The notes beneath the pieces were generated by a model. That model made no database searches and was not told the DNA's origin. It was given only the letters and a program-made list of their open reading frames with translations. From positions 1-64,000 of the IMG/VR virus record IMGVR_UViG_3300047554_000536: a stretch of DNA of 64,000 nt; one strand, 5' to 3'. Below are positions 56,235-64,000 of this stretch, in pieces (position 1 is the stretch's first letter; each line of letters begins with the position of its first letter). Source of the stretch: a virus. The position numbers and the translations under genes are program-made.

Positions 56235-57203
56235 ATGGCATATCAAATGGCCGGTTCAGCTTACCGCACAAAAAGCTACAATAGACAACAAGTTCAGAAA
56301 CCAAGAGTACCTGTACAGATTCAGGTCCCAGCTCACATGAACGAGGCTCATGCCTGGTTGATGAAGTATAATGGGATGTTTGACCTATTACTTGACCTAC
56401 GTAATAAGTTGTTGAAGTATGGTCAGCTGTCAGACAAGCAGTGGGGTGCAATCGATAGATGTAAGAGACGTGAGGAGCTTACTAAGAAGGCTGCAGATCC
56501 AACTACAGTGTTAGTTAACTCATGTCATGTTCCTATTGTAGTTAGTCCTACCTCAGCTCGTTACATTGCTAAGGTGCATAAGTGGCCAATGAACCCATGT
56601 ACATTAACTGTTACTCAGATCAAGTCTGTTGATCATCGTGGAATGACTCTACGAGTGAAGCCTGACTGGGATAGTAACGTATCGGTATGCCGTTGTTGTG
56701 CAAAGTCATTAACTGACTGGAGGTCTCAAGCTACTGGTGTAGGTCCAATCTGTGTGAAAGGTACTGGTATTAGTTATGTACGTAACCAAGCCGATGTAGC
56801 TCGCTTCCAGCAGGAGATTAAACAGCTTGCTGCTAATATGGGTGAGGTTGAAGTTTATATCAAGAAGTGGCACTTGAAGGAGGGTATGAATGGTCTTAAC
56901 CACCTCGTTCAGAATGCTACACCTTCTAAGATAGAGCTTCCAACTATATCGGAAGATCATATCATTCCTTTCCAGCATTTCGATTGGAATCCAACTCTCA
57001 GAGTACTTAGCATTCCATCGTTTAAGGTTCCATTCTTTACACCAATCATGAACGAGATGCCACTTGTTATAGGAGTGCGCAGTTTACGTACTGGAACCGT
57101 AGCCAACTTCTTCTTACATACTGCGGTTAGAACTGATGGCATTATGCTCTACACCTCTACTAATCTAGAGGATCCAATCAAAGTCGAAATTCAGGTAAAA
57201 TAA
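56235..57203 (+). CDS. DUF6011-like zinc-finger domain protein
   Basis: CRCCAKSLTDWRSQATGVGPIC; YGQLSDKQWGA. Confidence 0.65.
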   Translation: MAYQMAGSAYRTKSYNRQQVQKPRVPVQIQVPAHMNEAHAWLMKYNGMFDLLLDLRNKLLKYGQLSDKQWGAIDRCKRREELTKKAADPTTVLVNSCHVPIVVSPTSARYIAKVHKWPMNPCTLTVTQIKSVDHRGMTLRVKPDWDSNVSVCRCCAKSLTDWRSQATGVGPICVKGTGISYVRNQADVARFQQEIKQLAANMGEVEVYIKKWHLKEGMNGLNHLVQNATPSKIELPTISEDHIIPFQHFDWNPTLRVLSIPSFKVPFFTPIMNEMPLVIGVRSLRTGTVANFFLHTAVRTDGIMLYTSTNLEDPIKVEIQVK

Positions 57204-57472
57204 TTTAAAAAAGTTTGCCTAACTGTTGCAAACACGGAAATAAGGTATGACCTTTACAGAGTAAAAGAGAAACAATTAACACACACAATATGAAAAACGA
57301 AGTTTTAGAAATGTTCAGAGTTCTTAACGAGGCTCGCAAAGAAGATCCGAAAGAGTTTTATAGCAGCATTGCTTTCATGGTATTATTGTTCGGTGGCTTT
57401 TATGCTGCAGTTTGGATTGATGCCATCATCAACGGTCGAGTTTAATTTTTGTAATCAATAAATAATAGATAT

Positions 57473-57850
57473 ATGTCACACACATTAGAATCAAATTCAG
57501 TATCAGAATTGAAGAGTTTAGTTTGGAAACTCAAACGCGAAAACATGAGACAGTACATTCACAACTTATTGTTGCGTTTCATGAAAGAAAAGTCTAACAA
57601 CAAAGTTAAGCTCCATGAGTTTAAGAAGTGGCTTAATGAGGAGCGTAAGTCTGGAAATCCTCGAGTGTTGGAAGCACAAAGTTACTACGTGGATTCGGGG
57701 TTCACTGGTAGTGGTTGGAACTCAGGTCCTTGGTGCAATGCTCCTTACTTCTTTTGGGAGTTTGATCGTCTCAATCGTTGGTTGGCTAATGTGCCTACTC
57801 TAACAATGAGCAAAGAAAATAATCGTATCATGTTAACTCAAGCTATATAA
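57473..57850 (+). CDS. hypothetical protein
   Basis: ORF with A-rich leader. Confidence 0.6.
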   Translation: MSHTLESNSVSELKSLVWKLKRENMRQYIHNLLLRFMKEKSNNKVKLHEFKKWLNEERKSGNPRVLEAQSYYVDSGFTGSGWNSGPWCNAPYFFWEFDRLNRWLANVPTLTMSKENNRIMLTQAI

Positions 57851-57851
57851 T

Positions 57852-58040
57852 ATGTCAGAAAATAAATCATCAAGTAACGGAATAGGTCTAGGGACTGTAT
57901 TATTTTTAATCTTCTTAACCTTAAAGCTGGCTGAGGTTGGTCCAGTGCAATATTGGTCATGGTGGTGGGTGTTTGCTCCACTTTGGATTCCATTGGTCAT
58001 GGTATTAATCATAGTTGGTATTATTGCAATCCTGAAGTAA
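57852..58040 (+). CDS. small membrane protein
   Basis: GIGLGTVLFLIFLTLKL..WSWWWVFAPLWIP, a common phage family. Confidence 0.75.
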   Translation: MSENKSSSNGIGLGTVLFLIFLTLKLAEVGPVQYWSWWWVFAPLWIPLVMVLIIVGIIAILK

Positions 58041-58276
58041 TGAGTGATATCGTTTTAGACATAAAGAACAAGATGTTGGAGTGTGGCTACGAAGAGAGCC
58101 AACTCCAATTCTGGATGAAGGGTGACATACTCTACATGAGAATAGGTTTCTGGAATGAGATTGATCCTGATGCACATTTCAAACTAGCTAATGCTGGTAT
58201 TGTGTTCTACGAAGATCGTTACGAAGACGACGACTGCAAGCCACGATACTCATACGAGTTGAACATCGGTTCATAA
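58040..58276 (+). CDS. hypothetical protein (start moved to ATG 58040)
   Basis: TAATG coupling. Confidence 0.55.
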   Translation: MSDIVLDIKNKMLECGYEESQLQFWMKGDILYMRIGFWNEIDPDAHFKLANAGIVFYEDRYEDDDCKPRYSYELNIGS

Positions 58277-58378
58277 CTTGTTCATAACTTTGAAAAAAAA
58301 TCAAAGGAATAGTTGCAAACTCGAGAAATTGGTAGGACCTTTACAAAGTAAAAGGGAAACAATTAAAACACACACAAT

Positions 58379-59191
58379 ATGAAAACTATGGAATTAACAA
58401 ACGCAGAATTAGAGATGATCGCTAAACAACGTCAGGCAGAAGCTGAACTCGAAGCTAAGAAACAAGAAGCTGTTGAGACTATGTTCAGTAAAGAAAAGCT
58501 TGCTGCTGATAGTCGTGTTGCTAAGATTGTCGGTCAAGGTAACGCTCAGGTAGAAGCTGCTAAAGAATTTGCTGCTGCACTAGGTTCTGGTTACACTCTT
58601 AAAACTGAGATGAGAACTGCTAGTGAAAAAGCTTACAAACGTGACTACAACTCACGTGAGATTTTGGAGGAATATGAAGCTACTTGTGAGTATCCTTTCG
58701 CTGAGATTGTTCGTGCAGGTTATACCATCAGAGTTCAAGAACACGTATCTTATGCTGGCTGGTCACGTCATGGTAAGAGCCATGGATACAAGATGTATGT
58801 GAGTGGTGCTGGTATTGACTACAAGACTTCGAATCGTGGTTACAAGAACACCAAGAAGGTTGATGAGTTAATTACTGAAACTATCGAAGCTATCGAAGCT
58901 AAGAAAGCTCACGAGAATAAACAAAAGAGTGCTGTGGAGCAGGTTGTTGCTGAGTTGTCTGCACAATTCCCAACAGCTGAAGTTACTTCAGGTAGAAACT
59001 ATCGCTACAATCAATATGCTAGTCGCAACCGTCAGTATACTGAGTATGATGCGGTTGTTGTTAAGTTGGAGAATGGTATCAGTATGGAGTACCGAGTGTA
59101 TGCTGATAAGAGTCTGGAGCGAATGAAGATTGAGTATCCTAAAACAAGCGCTGTCGAGTTAATAAACCAGTTAAACACTTTAAAATTTTAA
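58379..59191 (+). CDS. hypothetical protein
   Basis: 270 aa after a promoter motif. Confidence 0.7.
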   Translation: MKTMELTNAELEMIAKQRQAEAELEAKKQEAVETMFSKEKLAADSRVAKIVGQGNAQVEAAKEFAAALGSGYTLKTEMRTASEKAYKRDYNSREILEEYEATCEYPFAEIVRAGYTIRVQEHVSYAGWSRHGKSHGYKMYVSGAGIDYKTSNRGYKNTKKVDELITETIEAIEAKKAHENKQKSAVEQVVAELSAQFPTAEVTSGRNYRYNQYASRNRQYTEYDAVVVKLENGISMEYRVYADKSLERMKIEYPKTSAVELINQLNTLKF

Positions 59192-59290
59192 TATGAAAAA
59201 AGACGATTTAAAAATAGCTTTGCTAGTCATTGGTTGGTTCATTGTCATTGGAATCATTGCCTCATTATTTGCTTAATAAATTAATACAAT

Positions 59291-59548
59291 ATGCCATACT
59301 TTAACACAGAAATAGATATCGATGTTGATGAGTTCCTAGATGAGTGTACTCCAGGTGACATCCATGATGTAATTCAATACCTTCGTGAGGAGGGTCACCT
59401 TAGCAGTGAGAACTCAATTCCAACTCAAGAGATGAATGTCTTGGATCTTGAATGGGCTGAGGTAATCAATAAGTTGAGTGGTAATGCTCGCTTGTCGCTG
59501 ACTACTGAGGAAGAGGATTTAATCAGAAAAATTGCAAATAGGTTATGA
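59291..59548 (+). CDS. hypothetical protein
   Basis: Acidic 85 aa ORF. Confidence 0.65.
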   Translation: MPYFNTEIDIDVDEFLDECTPGDIHDVIQYLREEGHLSSENSIPTQEMNVLDLEWAEVINKLSGNARLSLTTEEEDLIRKIANRL

Positions 59549-60153
59549 TAGATAACACTGAACAAATAAGATCGCTGCTGAACTTTGAAGAGGATTACTT
59601 CTACTTCATTCAGATCATTCAGCGTAAGAAAGAGGTTCCGGATCTAGGATCCAACAATAGAATCATACGTTCGTATAACATTAGCAGCCTTGAGAAGTTC
59701 GATAAGAATATCGAAGAGATTAAGTTGCTGTGTAAGACTTTCAACGCACGAGCATACATCCATTTGAATAGACGTAAGTGGAGTAGAATCGCTCTAGAGT
59801 GTTTGAGACACAATGCAGAGCTTATTGCCTCAGGACAGCATGATGGAATTAAGTCCAGCTTCGAGACTGTCGTTGGTCGTAACAATTGTGAACCGACTGA
59901 GAGTAAGACTTGGATTGTCGATATCGATACTAAGGATGAGTTAGTCATTCATAGAATTGCTCATATCATTGATTCAGTTATGAAACCAGATGGACCGAAG
60001 ATCCTCTATTGTATACCAACTAAGAATGGCTACCACTTGATCACTAAGAAGTTTGATGTTATGTCGTTCAACAAGTACTTGTCATTACAAGGAGATGTTC
60101 CAGAAATTCACAAAGACAATCCAACAATTTTATTTGTCCCAGATGTTGTCTAA
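59545..60153 (+). CDS. hypothetical phage protein (possible primase/polymerase-like fold)
   Basis: WIVDIDTKD (DxD) ... PTKNGYHLIT. Confidence 0.55.
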   Translation: MIDNTEQIRSLLNFEEDYFYFIQIIQRKKEVPDLGSNNRIIRSYNISSLEKFDKNIEEIKLLCKTFNARAYIHLNRRKWSRIALECLRHNAELIASGQHDGIKSSFETVVGRNNCEPTESKTWIVDIDTKDELVIHRIAHIIDSVMKPDGPKILYCIPTKNGYHLITKKFDVMSFNKYLSLQGDVPEIHKDNPTILFVPDVV

Positions 60154-60180
60154 TCAAAACAAATGTAGTATCTTTACAAT

Positions 60181-60579
60181 ATGAAAGCTTTATATCTAGT
60201 CAGAGGAGTGCCTGGAGCAGGCAAGTCAACATTCGCTAAGTCATTAGGTGGTACACACTTTGAGACTGACGAGTTCTTTATGGACAAAGGTGAGTATAAG
60301 TTTGATCCAACCAAGATCAAAGAAGCACACCAGTCGTGTCAGAATTGGGTCAACACAGCTATGATTGTTAATCATACAACTGGAATGCATGAGACTATTG
60401 TAGTGTCTAACACATTCACTCAGGAGTGGGAGATGCAGCCTTACTATGATATGGCAAAGGCTTGGGGTTATAGAGTGTACTCTGTGATTGTTGAGAATCG
60501 TCATGAGGGTGTTAATCAGCATGGTGTTCCAGAAGAGAAGCTACAACAAATGAAAGATCGTTTTGAAGTAAAACTATAA
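60181..60579 (+). CDS. P-loop kinase (polynucleotide-kinase-like, AAA_33)
   Basis: LVRGVPGAGKSTFA, FETDEFF, VVSNTFTQEWE, HGVPEE. Confidence 0.8.
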   Translation: MKALYLVRGVPGAGKSTFAKSLGGTHFETDEFFMDKGEYKFDPTKIKEAHQSCQNWVNTAMIVNHTTGMHETIVVSNTFTQEWEMQPYYDMAKAWGYRVYSVIVENRHEGVNQHGVPEEKLQQMKDRFEVKL

Positions 60580-60582
60580 GAT

Positions 60583-60951
60583 ATGAACGGACCTAGAGAT
60601 AATATAAACAATATCAACTTTGGAAAGTATACAAACATTCCCGTTAAGGTTGAAAAAATTGAAGACACTAAATTCGATAACAATCATCCAAATGGATATA
60701 ATCCAGGATTTGTAATCGAGGCATGCATGGTCAGCTTACTGACTAGCAACCAGTATTGCTCTTTGTTTGTGACTTATGGAGACCGTTGGTTTGCTACTTC
60801 ACAAGTACAAAAGCAGGAAGAGTTTGAAGGTTATGATTTGCTACACACACTAAACTCAGTGTACAAAGTAACACCAATCTTCACAGCAATTCCAGGAGTG
60901 CAGGAGAAGTATTCATTAACACTAGAAACCGATGGCGAAGAGATTGACTAG
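60583..60951 (+). CDS. hypothetical protein
   Basis: NHPNGYN..FATSQV..HTLNSVYKV. Confidence 0.6.
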   Translation: MNGPRDNINNINFGKYTNIPVKVEKIEDTKFDNNHPNGYNPGFVIEACMVSLLTSNQYCSLFVTYGDRWFATSQVQKQEEFEGYDLLHTLNSVYKVTPIFTAIPGVQEKYSLTLETDGEEID

Positions 60952-61216
60952 AGAGCAAAAGCAAGAGCAAGCGGTTGTTGATCTTATCAACAAGATGTTT
61001 GAGATTGCTGGACATGAGGTTACTTACAATGACATCTTAGGGGTGGACAACTGGTTCCAACAGTACACAATGACTATGAAGCAGTCAGAGGAGTTTAGAG
61101 ATTGGGGTAAGAAGTATCTTGTTAAGACATTTCGAATGTCAGCCAAGAGAGCAGAGAACGAAATGATGTGGTTTAATTTACAATGGGGTTTAAAATATTC
61201 AGACTATGGAAAATAA
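60932..61216 (+). CDS. hypothetical protein
   Basis: Operon-packed ORF. Confidence 0.6.
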   Translation: MAKRLTREQKQEQAVVDLINKMFEIAGHEVTYNDILGVDNWFQQYTMTMKQSEEFRDWGKKYLVKTFRMSAKRAENEMMWFNLQWGLKYSDYGK

Positions 61217-62330
61217 TAATAGCGTATGTTACATTGGTACAATCGGAGAGATTCTACCAATAAGTGGAGCAGATAATATCGAGCTAGCGTTGGTCGGTGG
61301 CTGGCAAGCTATCATCAAGAAGGATGCATATGAGGTGAATGATTTAGTTATGATAGCTACTACAGATGCTATTATTCCACAAGCGCTTTCAGATGATATG
61401 AATGTCACTAGCTACCTACGCAAAGGTGGACGTGTGCGCACTGTTAAGTTGAGAGGTGTGTACTCAGAGTGCTTGATTATTCCAGTACAATACATTCCAT
61501 TCATGGATAACTACTACGATGGTAAGGACATGATGGACGTGATGGGTATCTACAAATACGAACCACCAGTACGTCAGGTACAATTATCATCAGGTCGTAA
61601 GATCCGATACCAAGATAATCCTAACTTCCATATCTACTACAAGTTTCCTAACCTAAAGAATGTAGCTGGAATGTTTACTGAGGGTGATTTAGTTGAGATT
61701 ACTAGAAAGATTCATGGTACAAATGCTCGCTATGGTATTGTGAAGAAGGCGAAGCTATCTTTGTGGGATAAGGTTAGAAAGTTCTTTACAAACAATCCAT
61801 GGATCGAGTATGAGTATGTGTACGGATCACATAACGTGGAGAAAGGTTCTGACTCTCAAGGATTCTACGATACTGATGTGTGGGCAACAATTGCAGAAAA
61901 GCATGATATTAAGAATGCATTGTGGGATTACGCTAAGACTCAAGGTCACAAAGCAATTGGTGAAGGTATTGTATTGTATGGAGAAATCTACGGAGCCGGT
62001 ATTCAAAAGAATTACGACTACGGACTGAGCCATACTGACTTCATGGGCTTTGATGTTAAGGTTAATGGTGAGTACGTCTCTACTTACAGAGCTTGGAAAA
62101 TTATTGAGCATCAGTTAAATTTGGAATATGTACCAATCTTACACTACGGTGAATGGTCTCAGGAGATCCAAGACAAGTACACATTCAACAACTATGTTGG
62201 AGATTCAAAGGTACCACACGAAGGTATTGTTATCAAATACTTCGACGGTTCACGTAACAAAGTAGCTAAGGTGATCAATCCAGATTACTTGATCTATGGA
62301 GAGAAGCATGACGTAGGAGATTCACACTAA
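61206..62330 (+). CDS. RNA ligase, DRB0094/Rnl5 family
   Basis: N-terminal OB domain (PISGADNIELA, VRTVKLRGVYSE), motif I RKIHGTN, GEIYG, FDV, HEGIVIK, KVINPDYL. Confidence 0.88.
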   Translation: MENNNSVCYIGTIGEILPISGADNIELALVGGWQAIIKKDAYEVNDLVMIATTDAIIPQALSDDMNVTSYLRKGGRVRTVKLRGVYSECLIIPVQYIPFMDNYYDGKDMMDVMGIYKYEPPVRQVQLSSGRKIRYQDNPNFHIYYKFPNLKNVAGMFTEGDLVEITRKIHGTNARYGIVKKAKLSLWDKVRKFFTNNPWIEYEYVYGSHNVEKGSDSQGFYDTDVWATIAEKHDIKNALWDYAKTQGHKAIGEGIVLYGEIYGAGIQKNYDYGLSHTDFMGFDVKVNGEYVSTYRAWKIIEHQLNLEYVPILHYGEWSQEIQDKYTFNNYVGDSKVPHEGIVIKYFDGSRNKVAKVINPDYLIYGEKHDVGDSH

Positions 62331-62356
62331 TAAGTTAAATAAGTAAATAAGTTACA

Positions 62357-63487
62357 ATGAGTATAATTCAATCAGGGCATCGCTTAACATTCACGGATGT
62401 AGATGCAACGTATGACCAGTTGCCAGCAGGTAACTACATGCTAAAGAGAGACCCACGCAGTGGAGAGTTCTATCTAGTACAGAAGGAAGACTTCGTAATG
62501 CCTAAGAAGGTGTATGGAGACCATTCGATTGTAGATCGATGGTTGGAGTCTTGGAAGCACAACAGCAACAAGAACCTAGGTATCTTACTAACGGGACTGA
62601 AAGGTACCGGTAAGACAATCACAGCACAGAAGTTCTGTATGGACTCTCAGCTGCCAGTGATCATTGTTGGTGAGCCTTATGAAGGTTCTGAGTTTGTGGA
62701 CTTCCTTACGAATCCTAAGTTGGGACAGTGCATCATCTTTATCGATGAGTTCGAGAAGGTGTACAATAGAGATAACCAATACGATATGTTATCGTTAATG
62801 GATGGTAACTATAGCACTCGATTGATCTTCTTACTGACGGTGAACGAGGAGCGTATCAACGAGTACTTGATCAACCGACTTAATCGAATCAAGTACCGCA
62901 AAGCGTATGGTGACTTAGAGTTCGAACTAGTCGATGAGGTGATTGACGATATGTTGATCAACAAAGACCACCGAGAGTCTATTCATCAATTCTTTGAGAA
63001 AGTGAACATGCGTACATTCGACTTGTTGACAAACCTCATCAAGGAGATGAATTTGTTCAATGAGGATGCGATTGCATGTGGACGACACCTGAATCTTAAA
63101 GCGGAGTCTAAGTACTACAATGTAGTCGAAGTCTTTGACGGGCATGAGTTTGAATGCTACCCAACAAGCTGGGTGCCTGGGAATGATATAGAGATTTCTC
63201 GTAAGGCTGTGGATCACGTTGAGGCGACTAGACCAGAGAAGAAGTCTAAGAAACTTAACGAAAAGCAGTCGGTGGTAGAGAGGCTATTGAGCGAGAGCGC
63301 AGAGCAGCCTATGCCACAAGAGAATCCAGAATTAGTTTTACCAGGTTATTGGGAGTTCTCGCTTGACCCACACGAGTACGATATCGTGGATCGCAAAGGC
63401 AAAACCATCGTGATTCAGCCTATTGGGTTTCCTAGAGTTCAGTATCGCTTGAAGGAGCAAGGCACAAGAGCTTCGTTAGTTTTTTAA
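62357..63487 (+). CDS. AAA+ ATPase
   Basis: GILLTGLKGTGKT, IFIDEFEK, LSLMDG, INRLNRI. Confidence 0.85.
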   Translation: MSIIQSGHRLTFTDVDATYDQLPAGNYMLKRDPRSGEFYLVQKEDFVMPKKVYGDHSIVDRWLESWKHNSNKNLGILLTGLKGTGKTITAQKFCMDSQLPVIIVGEPYEGSEFVDFLTNPKLGQCIIFIDEFEKVYNRDNQYDMLSLMDGNYSTRLIFLLTVNEERINEYLINRLNRIKYRKAYGDLEFELVDEVIDDMLINKDHRESIHQFFEKVNMRTFDLLTNLIKEMNLFNEDAIACGRHLNLKAESKYYNVVEVFDGHEFECYPTSWVPGNDIEISRKAVDHVEATRPEKKSKKLNEKQSVVERLLSESAEQPMPQENPELVLPGYWEFSLDPHEYDIVDRKGKTIVIQPIGFPRVQYRLKEQGTRASLVF

Positions 63488-63530
63488 CGAAGCTGTTGCA
63501 AAATCGAAATAAAGTTATTATCTTTAGGTT

Positions 63531-64000
63531 ATGAAATTAGTATTAGAAAAAGGACAAAGGTTATGGTTTACGAGTGATACTCACTACAACCACACAAACA
63601 TCTGCTCAGCCACTACTAAGTGGACTAATGCTCAACGATTGACCAGAGAGTTCAAATCCCTTAGTCATATGAACGATGCATTGGTGAATAACATCAATGC
63701 ATTGGTTGGGGAGAACGATATTTTGATTCACTTAGGTGATTGGTCGTTTGGTGGATTTGAGAGTATTGCTGAGTTTCGTAACAGATTGGTGTGTAAGAAT
63801 ATTCACTTGGTACTAGGAAACCACGATCATCACATTCAACGAAACAAAGAGGGTATACAAAGCTTATTCAGTTCAGTACACGAGTACTTGTATTTGAATG
63901 TTGTACGTCCTGGTGTCACTACAAAGTCTGCTATGGAGCGATATGATTTTGTTTGTATGCACTACCCGATTGCTAGTTGGAATAACATGAACAACGGAGT
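63531..64000 (+). CDS. metallophosphoesterase, truncated by the window end (not in ORF track)
   Basis: Hand translation: FTSDTHYNH, LIHLGDWSFGG, LVLGNHDHH, CMHYP. Confidence 0.85.
   Translation, partial: MKLVLEKGQRLWFTSDTHYNHTNICSATTKWTNAQRLTREFKSLSHMNDALVNNINALVGENDILIHLGDWSFGGFESIAEFRNRLVCKNIHLVLGNHDHHIQRNKEGIQSLFSSVHEYLYLNVVRPGVTTKSAMERYDFVCMHYPIASWNNMNNG

Noticed and set aside
125-63217. All minus-strand ORFs and short alternative-frame plus-strand ORFs in the track
   Set aside because: Each lies on a well-supported + strand gene and shows no recognisable motif; the window is uniformly + strand.
1-64000. Stop-codon reassignment or suppressor tRNA
   Set aside because: Conserved genes are full length in the standard code, TAG and TGA end genes at expected positions, and no CTA/TTA/TCA anticodon was found.

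Overview
64 kb of a large lytic dsDNA phage genome with all real genes on the + strand. The host is probably a Bacteroidota species, inferred from recurrent GTTG-N~19-TAnnTTT promoters and A-rich starts lacking Shine-Dalgarno sequences. In order the window holds: (1) a T4-like replication block (SSB, RecA/UvsX, 5'-3' exonuclease, DnaB-like helicase), class II ribonucleotide reductase, dUTPase and ferritin; (2) a 7-deazaguanine DNA-modification cluster (QueD, QueE, DpdL-like, NMP kinase, FolE, TGT/DpdA-like; no QueC in the window); (3) family A DNA polymerase and Hsp20/GroES/GroEL; (4) a ~15 kb glycosylation island (GDP-fucose plus a probable C4-branched 3,6-dideoxysugar pathway); (5) nucleases, ClpS and UvsE; (6) 24 tRNAs plus one tRNA-like RNA with four structured spacers; (7) ThyA, a lytic transglycosylase and RNA-repair genes. 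The most striking observation is an unannotated 40-codon leader ORF (45745-45867) directly upstream of the tRNA array. Its first 29 codons contain all 20 amino acids, and its first 30 contain a codon for each of the 21 tRNAs in the first block. Its 3' end carries an 11-nt perfect antiterminator for the intrinsic terminator guarding the array. This suggests a pan-amino-acid translational attenuator that switches on phage tRNA genes when any host tRNA becomes limiting. All calls come from reading the sequence and recognising motifs; no searches or folding programs were run.
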